From NCBI GenBank assembly GCA_005884925.1, contig VAYU01000023.1, positions 138,883-202,882 on the forward strand: a stretch of 64,000 nucleotides of DNA, written 5' to 3'. The DNA comes from Actinomycetota bacterium (GTDB lineage Bacteria > Actinomycetota > UBA4738 > HRBIN12). Shown here in pieces: positions 46,583 to 54,984 of the stretch. Every line of letters begins with the position of its first letter. The stretch's first letter is position 1. The notes under the pieces were generated by a model, which was not told the origin of the DNA, did not search any database, and worked only from the letters and a program-made list of their open reading frames with translations. The translations under genes were made by a program, and so were the position numbers.

Positions 46583-47647
46583 TTACCGATCCCTCTTCAA
46601 GACGGCGACGGCCGCGCTGGTGCTCGGGACGCCGCGCCAGGACTGGACGACCGAAGCGCGGCCGTCGCCGGCGCGCAGCTGCTCGACGGCGGCGAGGATC
46701 CTCGCGAGGCCGTTCGCCTCGTGGAGGTACCCCTCGCCGAGCGCTCCCCCCGAGCGGTTGACCGACGCGGTGTCGAGCTCGGTGAGCCCGAGCGCGTCGA
46801 GATGCTGGAGCTGCTTGTACGCGAACGTGTCGTCGACCTCGGCCGTGTCGATGTCACCCGGCCGGACGTCTGCCTGCGCGTAGGCGGTCGCGGCCGCTCG
46901 CTCCGCCGCGACCGCCCGCGACCAGTCGCGGCTCTCGACCGACGGCGCGTCCTGACTCCAGCCGATCCCCTCCACCCAGACGGTCCGGCTCCCGTCCGTC
47001 CGATCCTCGGAGGCGAGCACGATCACGACGCATCCGTCCGCGCTCCGCGCGGCCTGATGCGTCGTGAGCGGGTCGAACAGCGGCGCATCGTCGCCGTCCA
47101 CGTCGGCGAACGATGCGCGCCGGTTCGACCGAGCGTGTTCACGGTTCCGGGCGGCCACCTCGGTGCACTGCTCGGAGGTCCTGCCGCTCGCGTGCAGGTA
47201 CCAGCGCATCTCGAGACCCGCCAGCGCGAGCGCGGGAACCCCGAGCGGACGATTGAGCACGGGATCCAGCGCGAACGCGTCGACCCGGCCCGGCGTGAGG
47301 ATGTCCGATGCCTTCGAGTGCGCCTCGACGGCGACGACGTTCGCCACGCCGCTCCGGATCAACATCATGGCCGTGGCCAGCGCGAACAGACCGTCGGAGG
47401 CGACCGTCTGCACCGGCCGCTGGACGGCGCCGAGCTGATCCGGGACGTATTCGTCGAAGATGCTCGTGCCCTCCTCGACATCCTCGGAGGCGCACACGAA
47501 GGAGTCGACGTCGGTCCGAGGGTCGACGCCGGCGTCCAGGTACGCGGCCGACGCGGCCTCGAACATCAGCTCCTTGTAGCTGCGTCCGGCGGTGGTGGGC
47601 GTGAACCCGGACCACCCCACGCCGGTGACGCCGATCCGCGGGCTCAT
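46583..47647 (-). CDS. SCP-x/Ltp-type thiolase-like protein (possible Ltp2-like aldol-lyase)
   Basis: Start ATG 47647 (MSPRIGVTGVGWSGF). ...SGGALGEGYLHEANGLARI C-terminal thiolase signature. The upstream 590 codons of track ORF 46583..49423 are Arg/Asp junk antisense to the acs-like gene. Confidence 0.75.
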   Translation of the reverse strand: MSPRIGVTGVGWSGFTPTTAGRSYKELMFEAASAAYLDAGVDPRTDVDSFVCASEDVEEGTSIFDEYVPDQLGAVQRPVQTVASDGLFALATAMMLIRSGVANVVAVEAHSKASDILTPGRVDAFALDPVLNRPLGVPALALAGLEMRWYLHASGRTSEQCTEVAARNREHARSNRRASFADVDGDDAPLFDPLTTHQAARSADGCVVIVLASEDRTDGSRTVWVEGIGWSQDAPSVESRDWSRAVAAERAAATAYAQADVRPGDIDTAEVDDTFAYKQLQHLDALGLTELDTASVNRSGGALGEGYLHEANGLARILAAVEQLRAGDGRASVVQSWRGVPSTSAAVAVLKRDR

Positions 47648-47671
47648 CGGGACCGGTTCTACCATGCAGCC

Positions 47672-49603
47672 GTGAACGACGTCGTCTGGTCCCCGTCGCC
47701 CGGATACGTCGAACGGGCCAATATCACCCGGTTCATGCGCGCCCACGGGATCGAGACCTATGACGAGGTGGTCCGCCGTTCCGTCGAGGACATCGGATGG
47801 TTCTGGGACGCGGTGGTCAACGACCTCGACATCGAGTTCTTCGAACCCTATTCCGAGGTCCTCGACTCCCGTTCCGGGGTCGAGTGGACCACCTGGTTCA
47901 CGGGGGGAACGCTGAACCTCGCGCACCAGTGCGTCGATCGGTGGGCCTCGAGGACGCCGGACGCACCCGCCGTGATGGGGGAAGGCGAGGACGGCTCGGT
48001 CCGCATCTGGACCTACGCCGAGCTGCGCGACCGGACCGATCGGCTCGCGCGCGGGCTCCGCTCCCTGGGCGTGGAGGCGCGGGACACCGTCGGCATCTTC
48101 CTTCCGATGATCCCCGAGGCCGTCGCTGCCATCATGGCCTGCTCGAAGATCGGCGCGATCTGGGTGCCGATCTTCAGCGGGTTCGGCCCCGACGCGGTCG
48201 CGGCGCGGCTCGCGGATGCGCGCACGAAGGTGCTGATCACCGCCGACGGCTCGCTCCGCAAGGGCCAGATCGTCCCGATGAAGGCGACGGCGGACCGCGC
48301 GGTCGAGGCCGCCGGGTGCGTCGAGCACATCGTGGTCCTGCGTCATCTCGACGACCCGGCCACCCCGTGGAACGACGCCCGCGACCGATGGTGGGACGCG
48401 CTCGCCGACGACGACGAACCGATGCCTGCCGAGGCCCTCGAGGCCGAGCACCCGCTGTTCATCGGGTACACGAGCGGCACGACGGGCAGACCGAAGGGCG
48501 TCGTCCACGTGCACGGTGGGTTCCTCGTCAAGATCGCCGAGGAGGTCGCGTACCAGGTCGATCTGCATCCCGGCGAGGTGCTCCATTGGGCGACCGACCT
48601 CGGCTGGATCATGGGCCCGTGGGAGATCGTCGGCTCGCTCGCGCTGGGCGCGACCGTGTTGCTGTTCGAAGGAGCACCGACGCATCCCGGAGCCGATCGC
48701 CTCTGGTCGCTCGTCGAACGCCACGGCGTCACGGCGCTCGGCGTGTCGCCCACCTTGATCCGGGCCCTGATCCCGCACGGGACGGATCCCGTCCGTTCGC
48801 ACGATCTCTCGAGCCTGCGGATCCTCGCGTCCACCGGCGAGCCGTGGGACCCGGCTTCGTACGGCTGGCTGTTCGAGCAAGCCGGTGAGGGGCGCCTGCC
48901 GATCATCAACCTTTCCGGTGGGACCGAGGTCGGGGCGTGCTTCCTGTCGCCGACCCCGATCTGCGAGCTGAAGCCGCTCACGCTCCGCGGCCCCGCGCTC
49001 GGCATGGCCGTCGACGTCTGGCGTCCCGACGGGACGCCCGCGGGACCGAACGAGGTCGGCGAGCTCGTCTGCACGCAGCCGTGGCCGGCGATGACGCGGG
49101 GGATCTGGGGCGATGCCAAGCGGTACCTCGACACCTACTGGTCGCGGTGGCCGGGGGTTTGGGTGCACGGCGATTGGGCGGTCCGCGACGAGGACGGTTT
49201 CTGGTTCCTCCGAGGGCGCTCCGACGACACGCTCAACATCGCCGGCAAGCGGATCGGCCCGGCCGAGGTGGAATCGGCGATCGCCTCGCATCCCTCCGTC
49301 GCCGAGTCGGCGGCGATCGGCGTGCCGGATCCGGTGAAGGGGGAGCAGGTGTGGTGCTTCGTGGTGCTCAAGCCGAACGAGCCCGCGGACGCGGACGAGC
49401 TCCGCCGCGTCGTGGCCGATCACCTCGGCAAGTCGTTCACGCCCGCACAGATCCTGTTCGTCGAGGAGCTGCCGAAGACCCGTAGCGCGAAGATCGTCCG
49501 CCGGGCGATCCGGGCCGCCGCGCTGGGCGAGGACCCCGGCGATCTCTCGGGCCTCGAGGATCCGCGGTCCCTCGATGCTGTCCGCGACGCGGTCGGCCGG
49601 TAG
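47672..49603 (+). CDS. AMP-forming acetyl/propionyl-CoA synthetase-like acyl-CoA synthetase
   Basis: Aligns with Acs over the full length (WFTGGTLNLAHQCVDRW, YTSGTTGRPKGV, TGEPWDP, WQTE-like TQPWPAMTRGIWGD, LPKTRSAKIVRR). GTG start 47672 (VNDVVWSPSPGYVERANITRF). An alternative ATG lies at about 47735. Confidence 0.8.
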   Translation: MNDVVWSPSPGYVERANITRFMRAHGIETYDEVVRRSVEDIGWFWDAVVNDLDIEFFEPYSEVLDSRSGVEWTTWFTGGTLNLAHQCVDRWASRTPDAPAVMGEGEDGSVRIWTYAELRDRTDRLARGLRSLGVEARDTVGIFLPMIPEAVAAIMACSKIGAIWVPIFSGFGPDAVAARLADARTKVLITADGSLRKGQIVPMKATADRAVEAAGCVEHIVVLRHLDDPATPWNDARDRWWDALADDDEPMPAEALEAEHPLFIGYTSGTTGRPKGVVHVHGGFLVKIAEEVAYQVDLHPGEVLHWATDLGWIMGPWEIVGSLALGATVLLFEGAPTHPGADRLWSLVERHGVTALGVSPTLIRALIPHGTDPVRSHDLSSLRILASTGEPWDPASYGWLFEQAGEGRLPIINLSGGTEVGACFLSPTPICELKPLTLRGPALGMAVDVWRPDGTPAGPNEVGELVCTQPWPAMTRGIWGDAKRYLDTYWSRWPGVWVHGDWAVRDEDGFWFLRGRSDDTLNIAGKRIGPAEVESAIASHPSVAESAAIGVPDPVKGEQVWCFVVLKPNEPADADELRRVVADHLGKSFTPAQILFVEELPKTRSAKIVRRAIRAAALGEDPGDLSGLEDPRSLDAVRDAVGR

Positions 49604-49615
49604 GCTCCTTCATCC

Positions 49616-50437
49616 ATGCGCGTCGGGGTCTGTCAGATGAACTCGGGCGGTGGCGACGTTCGTGAGAACGTCGCCACCGCCGTCCGGTTGCTCGGCGAGG
49701 CCGCCGACGAGGGCGCCGACCTCGCGGCGTTGCCGGAGCTGTGGCCGGCCCACGGCTCCTCTCCCACCCAGATGCGCGAGGCCGCGACACTGATCCCCGG
49801 GCCGCTCACCGACCCCGTCGCGGAGATCGCACGCGCACGCTCGATGTGGGTCGTCGGCGGCTCCGTCCCCGAAGCCGCCGACGACCACGTGTTCAACACC
49901 TCCTGTCTGTTCGATCGCGACGGCGAGCTCGTGGCGCGCTACCGCAAGATCCACCTGTTCGACGTCGACCTGCCCGGCCAGCCGCCGCTCCGCGAGTCCG
50001 CCATCTTCTCGGCGGGCGAGGAGCTCGTGACCCACGACACGGACCTGGGACGCATCGGGCTCTCGATCTGTTACGACGTCCGGTTCCCCGAGCTCTACCG
50101 CGGGCTGATGACGCTCGGCGCGGAGATCGTCTGCGTCCCGTCCGCGTTCACGGAGGTGACCGGACGCGCGCACTGGGAGGTGCTGCTGCGCGCGCGGGCG
50201 ATCGAGGAGCAGTGCTTCATCGTGGCGCCCGCGCAGTGGGGAACCTGGAGTCGCCCCGAGGACGGCCGGCGGACGTACGGGAACTCGATCGTGGTCGACC
50301 CATGGGGCGAGGTGCTCGTCCGTGCGCCCGACGAGGGGGACGGGGTCTGGCTCGCCGACCTGGACATGGCCAAGCTCCAGCGCGTCCGGCAGACGCTCCC
50401 AGCATTGCAGCACCGACGTCTGGGGCCGGTCTGCTGA
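49616..50437 (+). CDS. carbon-nitrogen hydrolase family (nitrilase/omega-amidase-like)
   Basis: 273 aa. Catalytic E (ALPELW), K (RYRKIHLFD) and C (GLSICYDVRFPE) triad context. Confidence 0.8.
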   Translation: MRVGVCQMNSGGGDVRENVATAVRLLGEAADEGADLAALPELWPAHGSSPTQMREAATLIPGPLTDPVAEIARARSMWVVGGSVPEAADDHVFNTSCLFDRDGELVARYRKIHLFDVDLPGQPPLRESAIFSAGEELVTHDTDLGRIGLSICYDVRFPELYRGLMTLGAEIVCVPSAFTEVTGRAHWEVLLRARAIEEQCFIVAPAQWGTWSRPEDGRRTYGNSIVVDPWGEVLVRAPDEGDGVWLADLDMAKLQRVRQTLPALQHRRLGPVC

Positions 50438-50871
50438 TGCGCCAGGAGCTTCCGGAGGGCTTCGAGCTCGACGACGACCGGGATCGCGTGGACGTCGACG
50501 TCGTCCACCGCTTCCTGTCCGAGGAGGCGTATTGGGTGCGAGGCCGCTCGCGGGCAACGATCGCCGAGTTGATCCGGTCGTCGACGCGCGTGATCGCCGC
50601 GTACGGCCCCGACGGCGCGCTCGTGGGCTTCTGTCGCGTGATGTCCGACGGATCGAGCATGGCATGGCTCGGCGACGTGTTCGTGCTGGAGGACTACCGT
50701 GGCCGGGGGATCGGCACCGCCTTGGTCCGCGAGGCGGTCGAGGACCCGTGGTCCGCCGACTGTTACTGGTACCTCAACACGCGCGATGCGCACGCGCTGT
50801 ACGAGCGGTTCGGGTTCGTCGGGGCGGACCCTGCTCGCACCCTCGTCCGTCCCGGCCGGGAGCGCACCTAG
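50437..50871 (+). CDS. GNAT-family N-acetyltransferase
   Basis: ATG overlaps the nitrilase TGA by 1 nt. Motif A (VLEDYRGRGIGTALVREAV) and ...LYERFGF. Confidence 0.75.
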   Translation: MRQELPEGFELDDDRDRVDVDVVHRFLSEEAYWVRGRSRATIAELIRSSTRVIAAYGPDGALVGFCRVMSDGSSMAWLGDVFVLEDYRGRGIGTALVREAVEDPWSADCYWYLNTRDAHALYERFGFVGADPARTLVRPGRERT

Positions 50872-51428
50872 TACGCAAGATCCTCGGGGGTATCCACGTC
50901 ACGCGGCACCGGGCGGTCGATCGGCACGTCCTCGACCCATTCGGGATGCGAAGCGATCAGCACGCGCGCGCCCGCGTCGCCGTGCAAGTGCCCCGCGTCG
51001 GCATAGATCTCCCTGGAGAGCAGCGAGGGTCCGGGGCCGTCGGTGAACCGCAGGCGTGCGATCCGGGCCCGCGTCGCCCGGAAGCTCTCGACCAGTGCCC
51101 GGATGTCGATCCCGCGGATACCCGGCTGATCTGCCATCAGGACGACCGCCGCCTCGCTCCGCTCGTCGAGCGCGTGGATCGCCGCGGCGAGCGAGGTCGA
51201 CTGCCCATCCCGGAACGAGGGGTTGCGGACGGCGAGGACCTCGGCGGGAAGGACCGCCTCGACGGCAGCGGCGTCATGACCGGTGACGACCACGATCTCG
51301 TCGACGCCGCCTTCTCGGAGCGCGGCGACCGCGTGCAGCACGAGGGGGATGCCGTCGAGCTCCGCCAGCTGCTTCGTGCCGCCGAACCGCGAGCCGGTCC
51401 CTGCCGCGAGGACGATCCCCGAGATCAC
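50868..51428 (-). CDS. MobA-like NTP-transferase, molybdenum cofactor cytidylyltransferase MocA-like
   Basis: A GTG start at 51428 (VISGIVLAAGTGSRFGGTKQLAELDGIPLV) overlaps the coxG stop (GTGA). The upstream 105 codons of the track ORF are Arg/Gly junk. Confidence 0.7.
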   Translation of the reverse strand: MISGIVLAAGTGSRFGGTKQLAELDGIPLVLHAVAALREGGVDEIVVVTGHDAAAVEAVLPAEVLAVRNPSFRDGQSTSLAAAIHALDERSEAAVVLMADQPGIRGIDIRALVESFRATRARIARLRFTDGPGPSLLSREIYADAGHLHGDAGARVLIASHPEWVEDVPIDRPVPRDVDTPEDLAY

Positions 51429-52030
51429 GCGCGCGGGGACTTCGAGCTGCCGAAGAGTCGCCGGAAGAACGAGACGATCACGCTCCAGGTCGCAGCGAGG
51501 CCGAGCCGGATGCCGCCGACGGGGTTCGGGACGGCCGCCGCCGATGACAGGGTCGCCGCACCGACCGGCTCGCCGGCGCCGGCCGCCGCCCCGAGGCGCT
51601 GTTCGAGGCAATCGGCGAACTGTTGCGTCAAACGCTTCGAGACCTCCGGCAGCAGACCGCGCGACAGTTGCGCGGCCGCGCCGGTGAGCGTCATGTCTGC
51701 TTGCATCTTCACGGCCGTCCCAGCGTCCACGGCCTCGAGCCACGAGGTGACCGTGGCGTCCGCGGCCCCCTTGCCCCTCTGTTCGCTGCCCTTCGCGTGG
51801 AGGACCACGCGATGCGCCGCGTCATCTCGCTCCTCCAACGTCACCGAGCCAACGAATGACATCGAGACCGGGCCGAACTTCATGGTGAGCGTGCCCTTCC
51901 AATTGCGATCGTCGATCGTCTCGGTGAGCTCGGCCCCAGGCATGCACGGCGCCACTTTGTGCACGTCGAGGAGGTAGTCCCATACTTGGTCGAGCGGCTT
52001 CGCGACCGTGAACGCATTCTCGATGAGCAC
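51425..52030 (-). CDS. coxG: CoxG-like SRPBCC protein (carbon monoxide dehydrogenase subunit G family)
   Basis: 201 aa: ...FTVAKPLDQVWDYLLDVHKVAPCMPGAELTE...TMKFGPVSMSFVG... Confidence 0.7.
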   Translation of the reverse strand: MLIENAFTVAKPLDQVWDYLLDVHKVAPCMPGAELTETIDDRNWKGTLTMKFGPVSMSFVGSVTLEERDDAAHRVVLHAKGSEQRGKGAADATVTSWLEAVDAGTAVKMQADMTLTGAAAQLSRGLLPEVSKRLTQQFADCLEQRLGAAAGAGEPVGAATLSSAAAVPNPVGGIRLGLAATWSVIVSFFRRLFGSSKSPRA

Positions 52031-52039
52031 CTTGGCAGC

Positions 52040-53176
52040 CTAACGAGCTTCGGTTCCCGGCCGCGGGCGGTCGTGGATCGGGGTCGGGCGTTCCTTGAGG
52101 AACCCCCCGTCGCGTCCGCGCCGCACGGCGACGATCTCTCCGACGATCGCCTGGGCGATCTCCTCGGGTCCTTCCGCCCCGAGGTCGAGGCCGGCTGGGC
52201 CGTGGATGCGCGCTCGACGGTCCTCGGTGATCGGGGTGCCCTCCTCGTCGAGCTCCATCACGAGGCGTTGGGTCCGCGCCGCCGGGCCGAGCATCGCCAC
52301 GTATCGGGCATCCGTCGTGAGAAGGCTCCGCAGGTATTCCTTGTCACGCAGGAAGTTGTGCGTCATCACGACGACGAATGTCCGCGCGTCGATCGTGATC
52401 GCTTTCGCGACCTCCGACGGTTCATCCACCAGGACGAAGGCGTGGGCCTCGGGGAACCGCTCCTGGTTCAAGAACATGGCCCGGTCGTCGACGACCGTCG
52501 CGCTCCAGCCCAAGAGCGAGGCCGCCCGGACGAGGGGGATCGCGTCGTGTCCGGCCCCGCAGATCACGAGCCGCAGCGGAGGGTCCAGGATCTCGACGAA
52601 CGCGCGGATCCCCTCGGCGAGGGTCCGGATCTCCGAGCGCTCGGCCGCGAGCAGGTCGCGCGCCGCGGCGATCGCCTCGGCATCGACGTCGGGCCGACCC
52701 AGGGAGCCGTCGACGGCCCCGTCCGGCATCACGACGAGACGGGCGCCGGGAGCGATCGCGTCTGGTTCGGCGGAGTCGATCACGGTGACGAGGCTGATCG
52801 GCCGCTCCTCGTCGAGGGCCGTGCGGAGCGCGCGAGCCGCCTCGGCAGCACGATCGGCGGGCTCGATGAAGACCTCGATCGCGCCGTTGCAGCCGAGCCC
52901 GAGGCCCCAGACCGCGTCGTCATCGGCGGTCAAGTCCCAGCCCGCCAGGCGGGCCCGTCCCTCCTCCATCACGAGGCGGGCCATGTCCGCGACGTCGCCC
53001 TCGAGGCAACCACCGCTGATGTTGCCGATAGGGGCTCCGTCCTCCGGGACGAGGAGCCGGGCGCCCGGCCGGCGGTAGGTGGAACCGCGGACGGCGACGA
53101 TGGTGGCGAGCGCCATCCGCCGGCCGCTGGCGGAGAGGGATTCGATCGCCGCGAGGACGTCCGCGATCTCGCTCAC
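52040..53176 (-). CDS. xdhC: XdhC/CoxI-family molybdenum-hydroxylase maturation factor
   Basis: ...LATIVAVRGSTYRRPGARLLVPEDGAPIGNISGGCLE... (XdhC_CoxI N-terminal domain) plus a Rossmann-like C-terminal domain (RLVICGAGHDAIPL). Start set at GTG 53176. An alternative ATG lies at 53116. The track ORF extends to 53380. Confidence 0.75.
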   Translation of the reverse strand: MSEIADVLAAIESLSASGRRMALATIVAVRGSTYRRPGARLLVPEDGAPIGNISGGCLEGDVADMARLVMEEGRARLAGWDLTADDDAVWGLGLGCNGAIEVFIEPADRAAEAARALRTALDEERPISLVTVIDSAEPDAIAPGARLVVMPDGAVDGSLGRPDVDAEAIAAARDLLAAERSEIRTLAEGIRAFVEILDPPLRLVICGAGHDAIPLVRAASLLGWSATVVDDRAMFLNQERFPEAHAFVLVDEPSEVAKAITIDARTFVVVMTHNFLRDKEYLRSLLTTDARYVAMLGPAARTQRLVMELDEEGTPITEDRRARIHGPAGLDLGAEGPEEIAQAIVGEIVAVRRGRDGGFLKERPTPIHDRPRPGTEAR

Positions 53177-53231
53177 GAAGGCGATGGTACCGGGGTTCAG
53201 GTGGTGGGACGGGTGCCCGATACCAGCAGGG

Positions 53232-53801
53232 ATGGACGATTCGTTCGCGTTCGGCAAGCCGTCGCGCAAGCGTGCGCTGCAGGCCGCCCGACGCCCGAAG
53301 GCGCCGAAGCTCGATGCCGCCTCGGGCCTCGGCCGCATCGTGCTCGTCGTGGCCGCAGGCGTGGTCGTCGTGCTGCTCATCGCCGGCTATCTGACCTTCA
53401 TGAAGGGGAACGGGGAGCAGATCGCGTCCGGCGAGCGGAGCGCGATCTCGCAGATCGGCGCGGCCAAAGATGTCGAAGCGCAGACGACCGAACAGCAGGC
53501 CGTCACCGCGGTCCAGGAGCTCTACGCCGAGCAAGGGTCCTTCGACGGCATCAGGCCGGCCGCGTTGAAGCGCTTCGAGCCAGCCTTCACCTACTCCGCG
53601 GGCGCTTCGACGGGGCCGAACGTCGTCGGCGTCAGCTCCACAGCCGGCGGCGTCGGGCTCGCCGTCCTGTCCCAGTCGGGCACGTGCTTCTACACGCGCT
53701 TCACCGCGACCGGTGTGACGACCGGAGAGGGCGATGGGGTCGCGAGATGCGTCGGCACCTTGGCGATGTCGATGTCCTCGGGGAACCCCGCAGGCACGTG
53801 A
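53232..53801 (+). CDS. membrane-anchored hypothetical protein (N-terminal basic segment, 1 TM, Gly/Ser/Thr-rich ectodomain)
   Basis: Start ATG 53232 (MDDSFAFGKPSRKRALQAARRPKAPK...IVLVVAAGVVVVLLIAGYL). First gene of the plus-strand unit that continues into coxSLM. Confidence 0.45.
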   Translation: MDDSFAFGKPSRKRALQAARRPKAPKLDAASGLGRIVLVVAAGVVVVLLIAGYLTFMKGNGEQIASGERSAISQIGAAKDVEAQTTEQQAVTAVQELYAEQGSFDGIRPAALKRFEPAFTYSAGASTGPNVVGVSSTAGGVGLAVLSQSGTCFYTRFTATGVTTGEGDGVARCVGTLAMSMSSGNPAGT

Positions 53802-54403
53802 GCGATACCTTCACGTTCATCGCGCCGGTCATGCCACGGCATCGCGCGGATCCGTTCGCGGTGAAGCTCGTGACGTTCGGAGTTGTCCTGCTCGTACTGA
53901 TCTGCGCGTTCGCGATGTTCGTCGTCGCGAAGGAGCGCTCGGCGGATGCCCGGCACGCGGCGCTCGAGGACACGAGACGCGCCCAGGAACAGGCGAACGC
54001 CGACCGGCTGGCCATGATCCCCGATGCGGCCGTCGCCCTCGATCCGATCGCGACCGCGCCGGTCTCCGGCGGGGTCGCGAAGTTGCTCGACGGTCAAGCG
54101 AGGGATGCGGCCGAGCGCGCCCTCGCGCTCGCGCGAGGCGCGCTCGGCCGCGGCGACCTCGCGGCGCTGGGCGCCGCCCAGCTCGCCGAGGCCGACCCCA
54201 CGCTCCTGTTCGTGGACGGAGCCTCGACGGCGCCGTCGATCGTCAGCTTCGCCGTGAGCGGCGGCGTCTGGGCCGCCGCCGTGATGGGCCCCTCCGGCGC
54301 GTGCTACGGGGTCTCGATCGACACCCACGGGGTCGTGCGCTACGATCGCTCCCGTCCGTGCACGGGGCAGGCGGCGCTCGCGGCCGCTCGCACGACCTGG
54401 TAG
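53798..54403 (+). CDS. membrane-anchored hypothetical protein (1 TM, Ala-rich ectodomain)
   Basis: A GTG start overlaps the upstream stop (GTGA). ...FAVKLVTFGVVLLVLICAFAMFVVA.... Visible only as the tail of the 814-codon artefact ORF 51959..54403. Confidence 0.45.
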   Translation: MSDTFTFIAPVMPRHRADPFAVKLVTFGVVLLVLICAFAMFVVAKERSADARHAALEDTRRAQEQANADRLAMIPDAAVALDPIATAPVSGGVAKLLDGQARDAAERALALARGALGRGDLAALGAAQLAEADPTLLFVDGASTAPSIVSFAVSGGVWAAAVMGPSGACYGVSIDTHGVVRYDRSRPCTGQAALAAARTTW

Positions 54404-54493
54404 TCCCTCGGGCGCAACTCGCGCGTTCTCCACCTCCGTACTAGGGTCGGGGCTTACCCTGCAACGCGCTCCATCCGGAAGGAGGACCCGTTC

Positions 54494-54973
54494 GTGACGC
54501 AGATCGCGGTCACCGTCAATGGGACGCGGCGCGAGGCCGATGTCGAGCCTCGCACGCTCCTCGTCTACTTCCTCCGGGAGCAGCTGGGACTCACCGGAAC
54601 CAACGTCGGGTGCGACACGTCGTCCTGCGGCGCGTGCACGGTGCACCTCGACGGCGAGTCGGTGAAGTCCTGCACGCTCCTGGCCGTCCAGGCGGACGGT
54701 CGTGAGGTCATGACGATCGAAGCCCTGGCCGAGGCGGACGGGACCCTGCACCCGCTGCAGGACGCGTTCCACCGCCACCACGGTCTCCAATGCGGGTACT
54801 GCACGCCGGGCATGCTGATGGCGGCCGCCAGCTACCTGAAGGAGAACCCGACGCCCACGGAGGCGGAGGTGCGCGAGTCCCTCGAAGGGAACCTCTGCCG
54901 TTGCACGGGGTACCAGAACATCGTCGAGTCGATCCTGGATGCCGCCGGTCAGATGAGCGGCGCGAAGTCCTGA
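54494..54973 (+). CDS. coxS: molybdenum hydroxylase small subunit, (2Fe-2S)-binding (CoxS/CutS-like)
   Basis: GTG start with a GGAAGGAGGA SD. Plant-type (CDTSSCGAC) and second (CGYCTPGM...CRCTGY) 2Fe-2S motifs. Confidence 0.9.
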   Translation: MTQIAVTVNGTRREADVEPRTLLVYFLREQLGLTGTNVGCDTSSCGACTVHLDGESVKSCTLLAVQADGREVMTIEALAEADGTLHPLQDAFHRHHGLQCGYCTPGMLMAAASYLKENPTPTEAEVRESLEGNLCRCTGYQNIVESILDAAGQMSGAKS

Positions 54974-54984
54974 GGAGGGAACCA

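Noticed and set aside
46583-49423. 946-aa ORF on the minus strand
   Set aside because: Only the C-terminal 354 codons form a thiolase-like protein. The upstream 590 codons are Arg/Asp/Gly-rich and antisense to a clear acyl-CoA synthetase.
51959-54403. 814-aa plus-strand ORF spanning the xdhC/coxG region
   Set aside because: Stop-free GC-rich frame antisense to xdhC and coxG. Only the last 201 codons (from GTG 53798) look like a real membrane-anchored protein.
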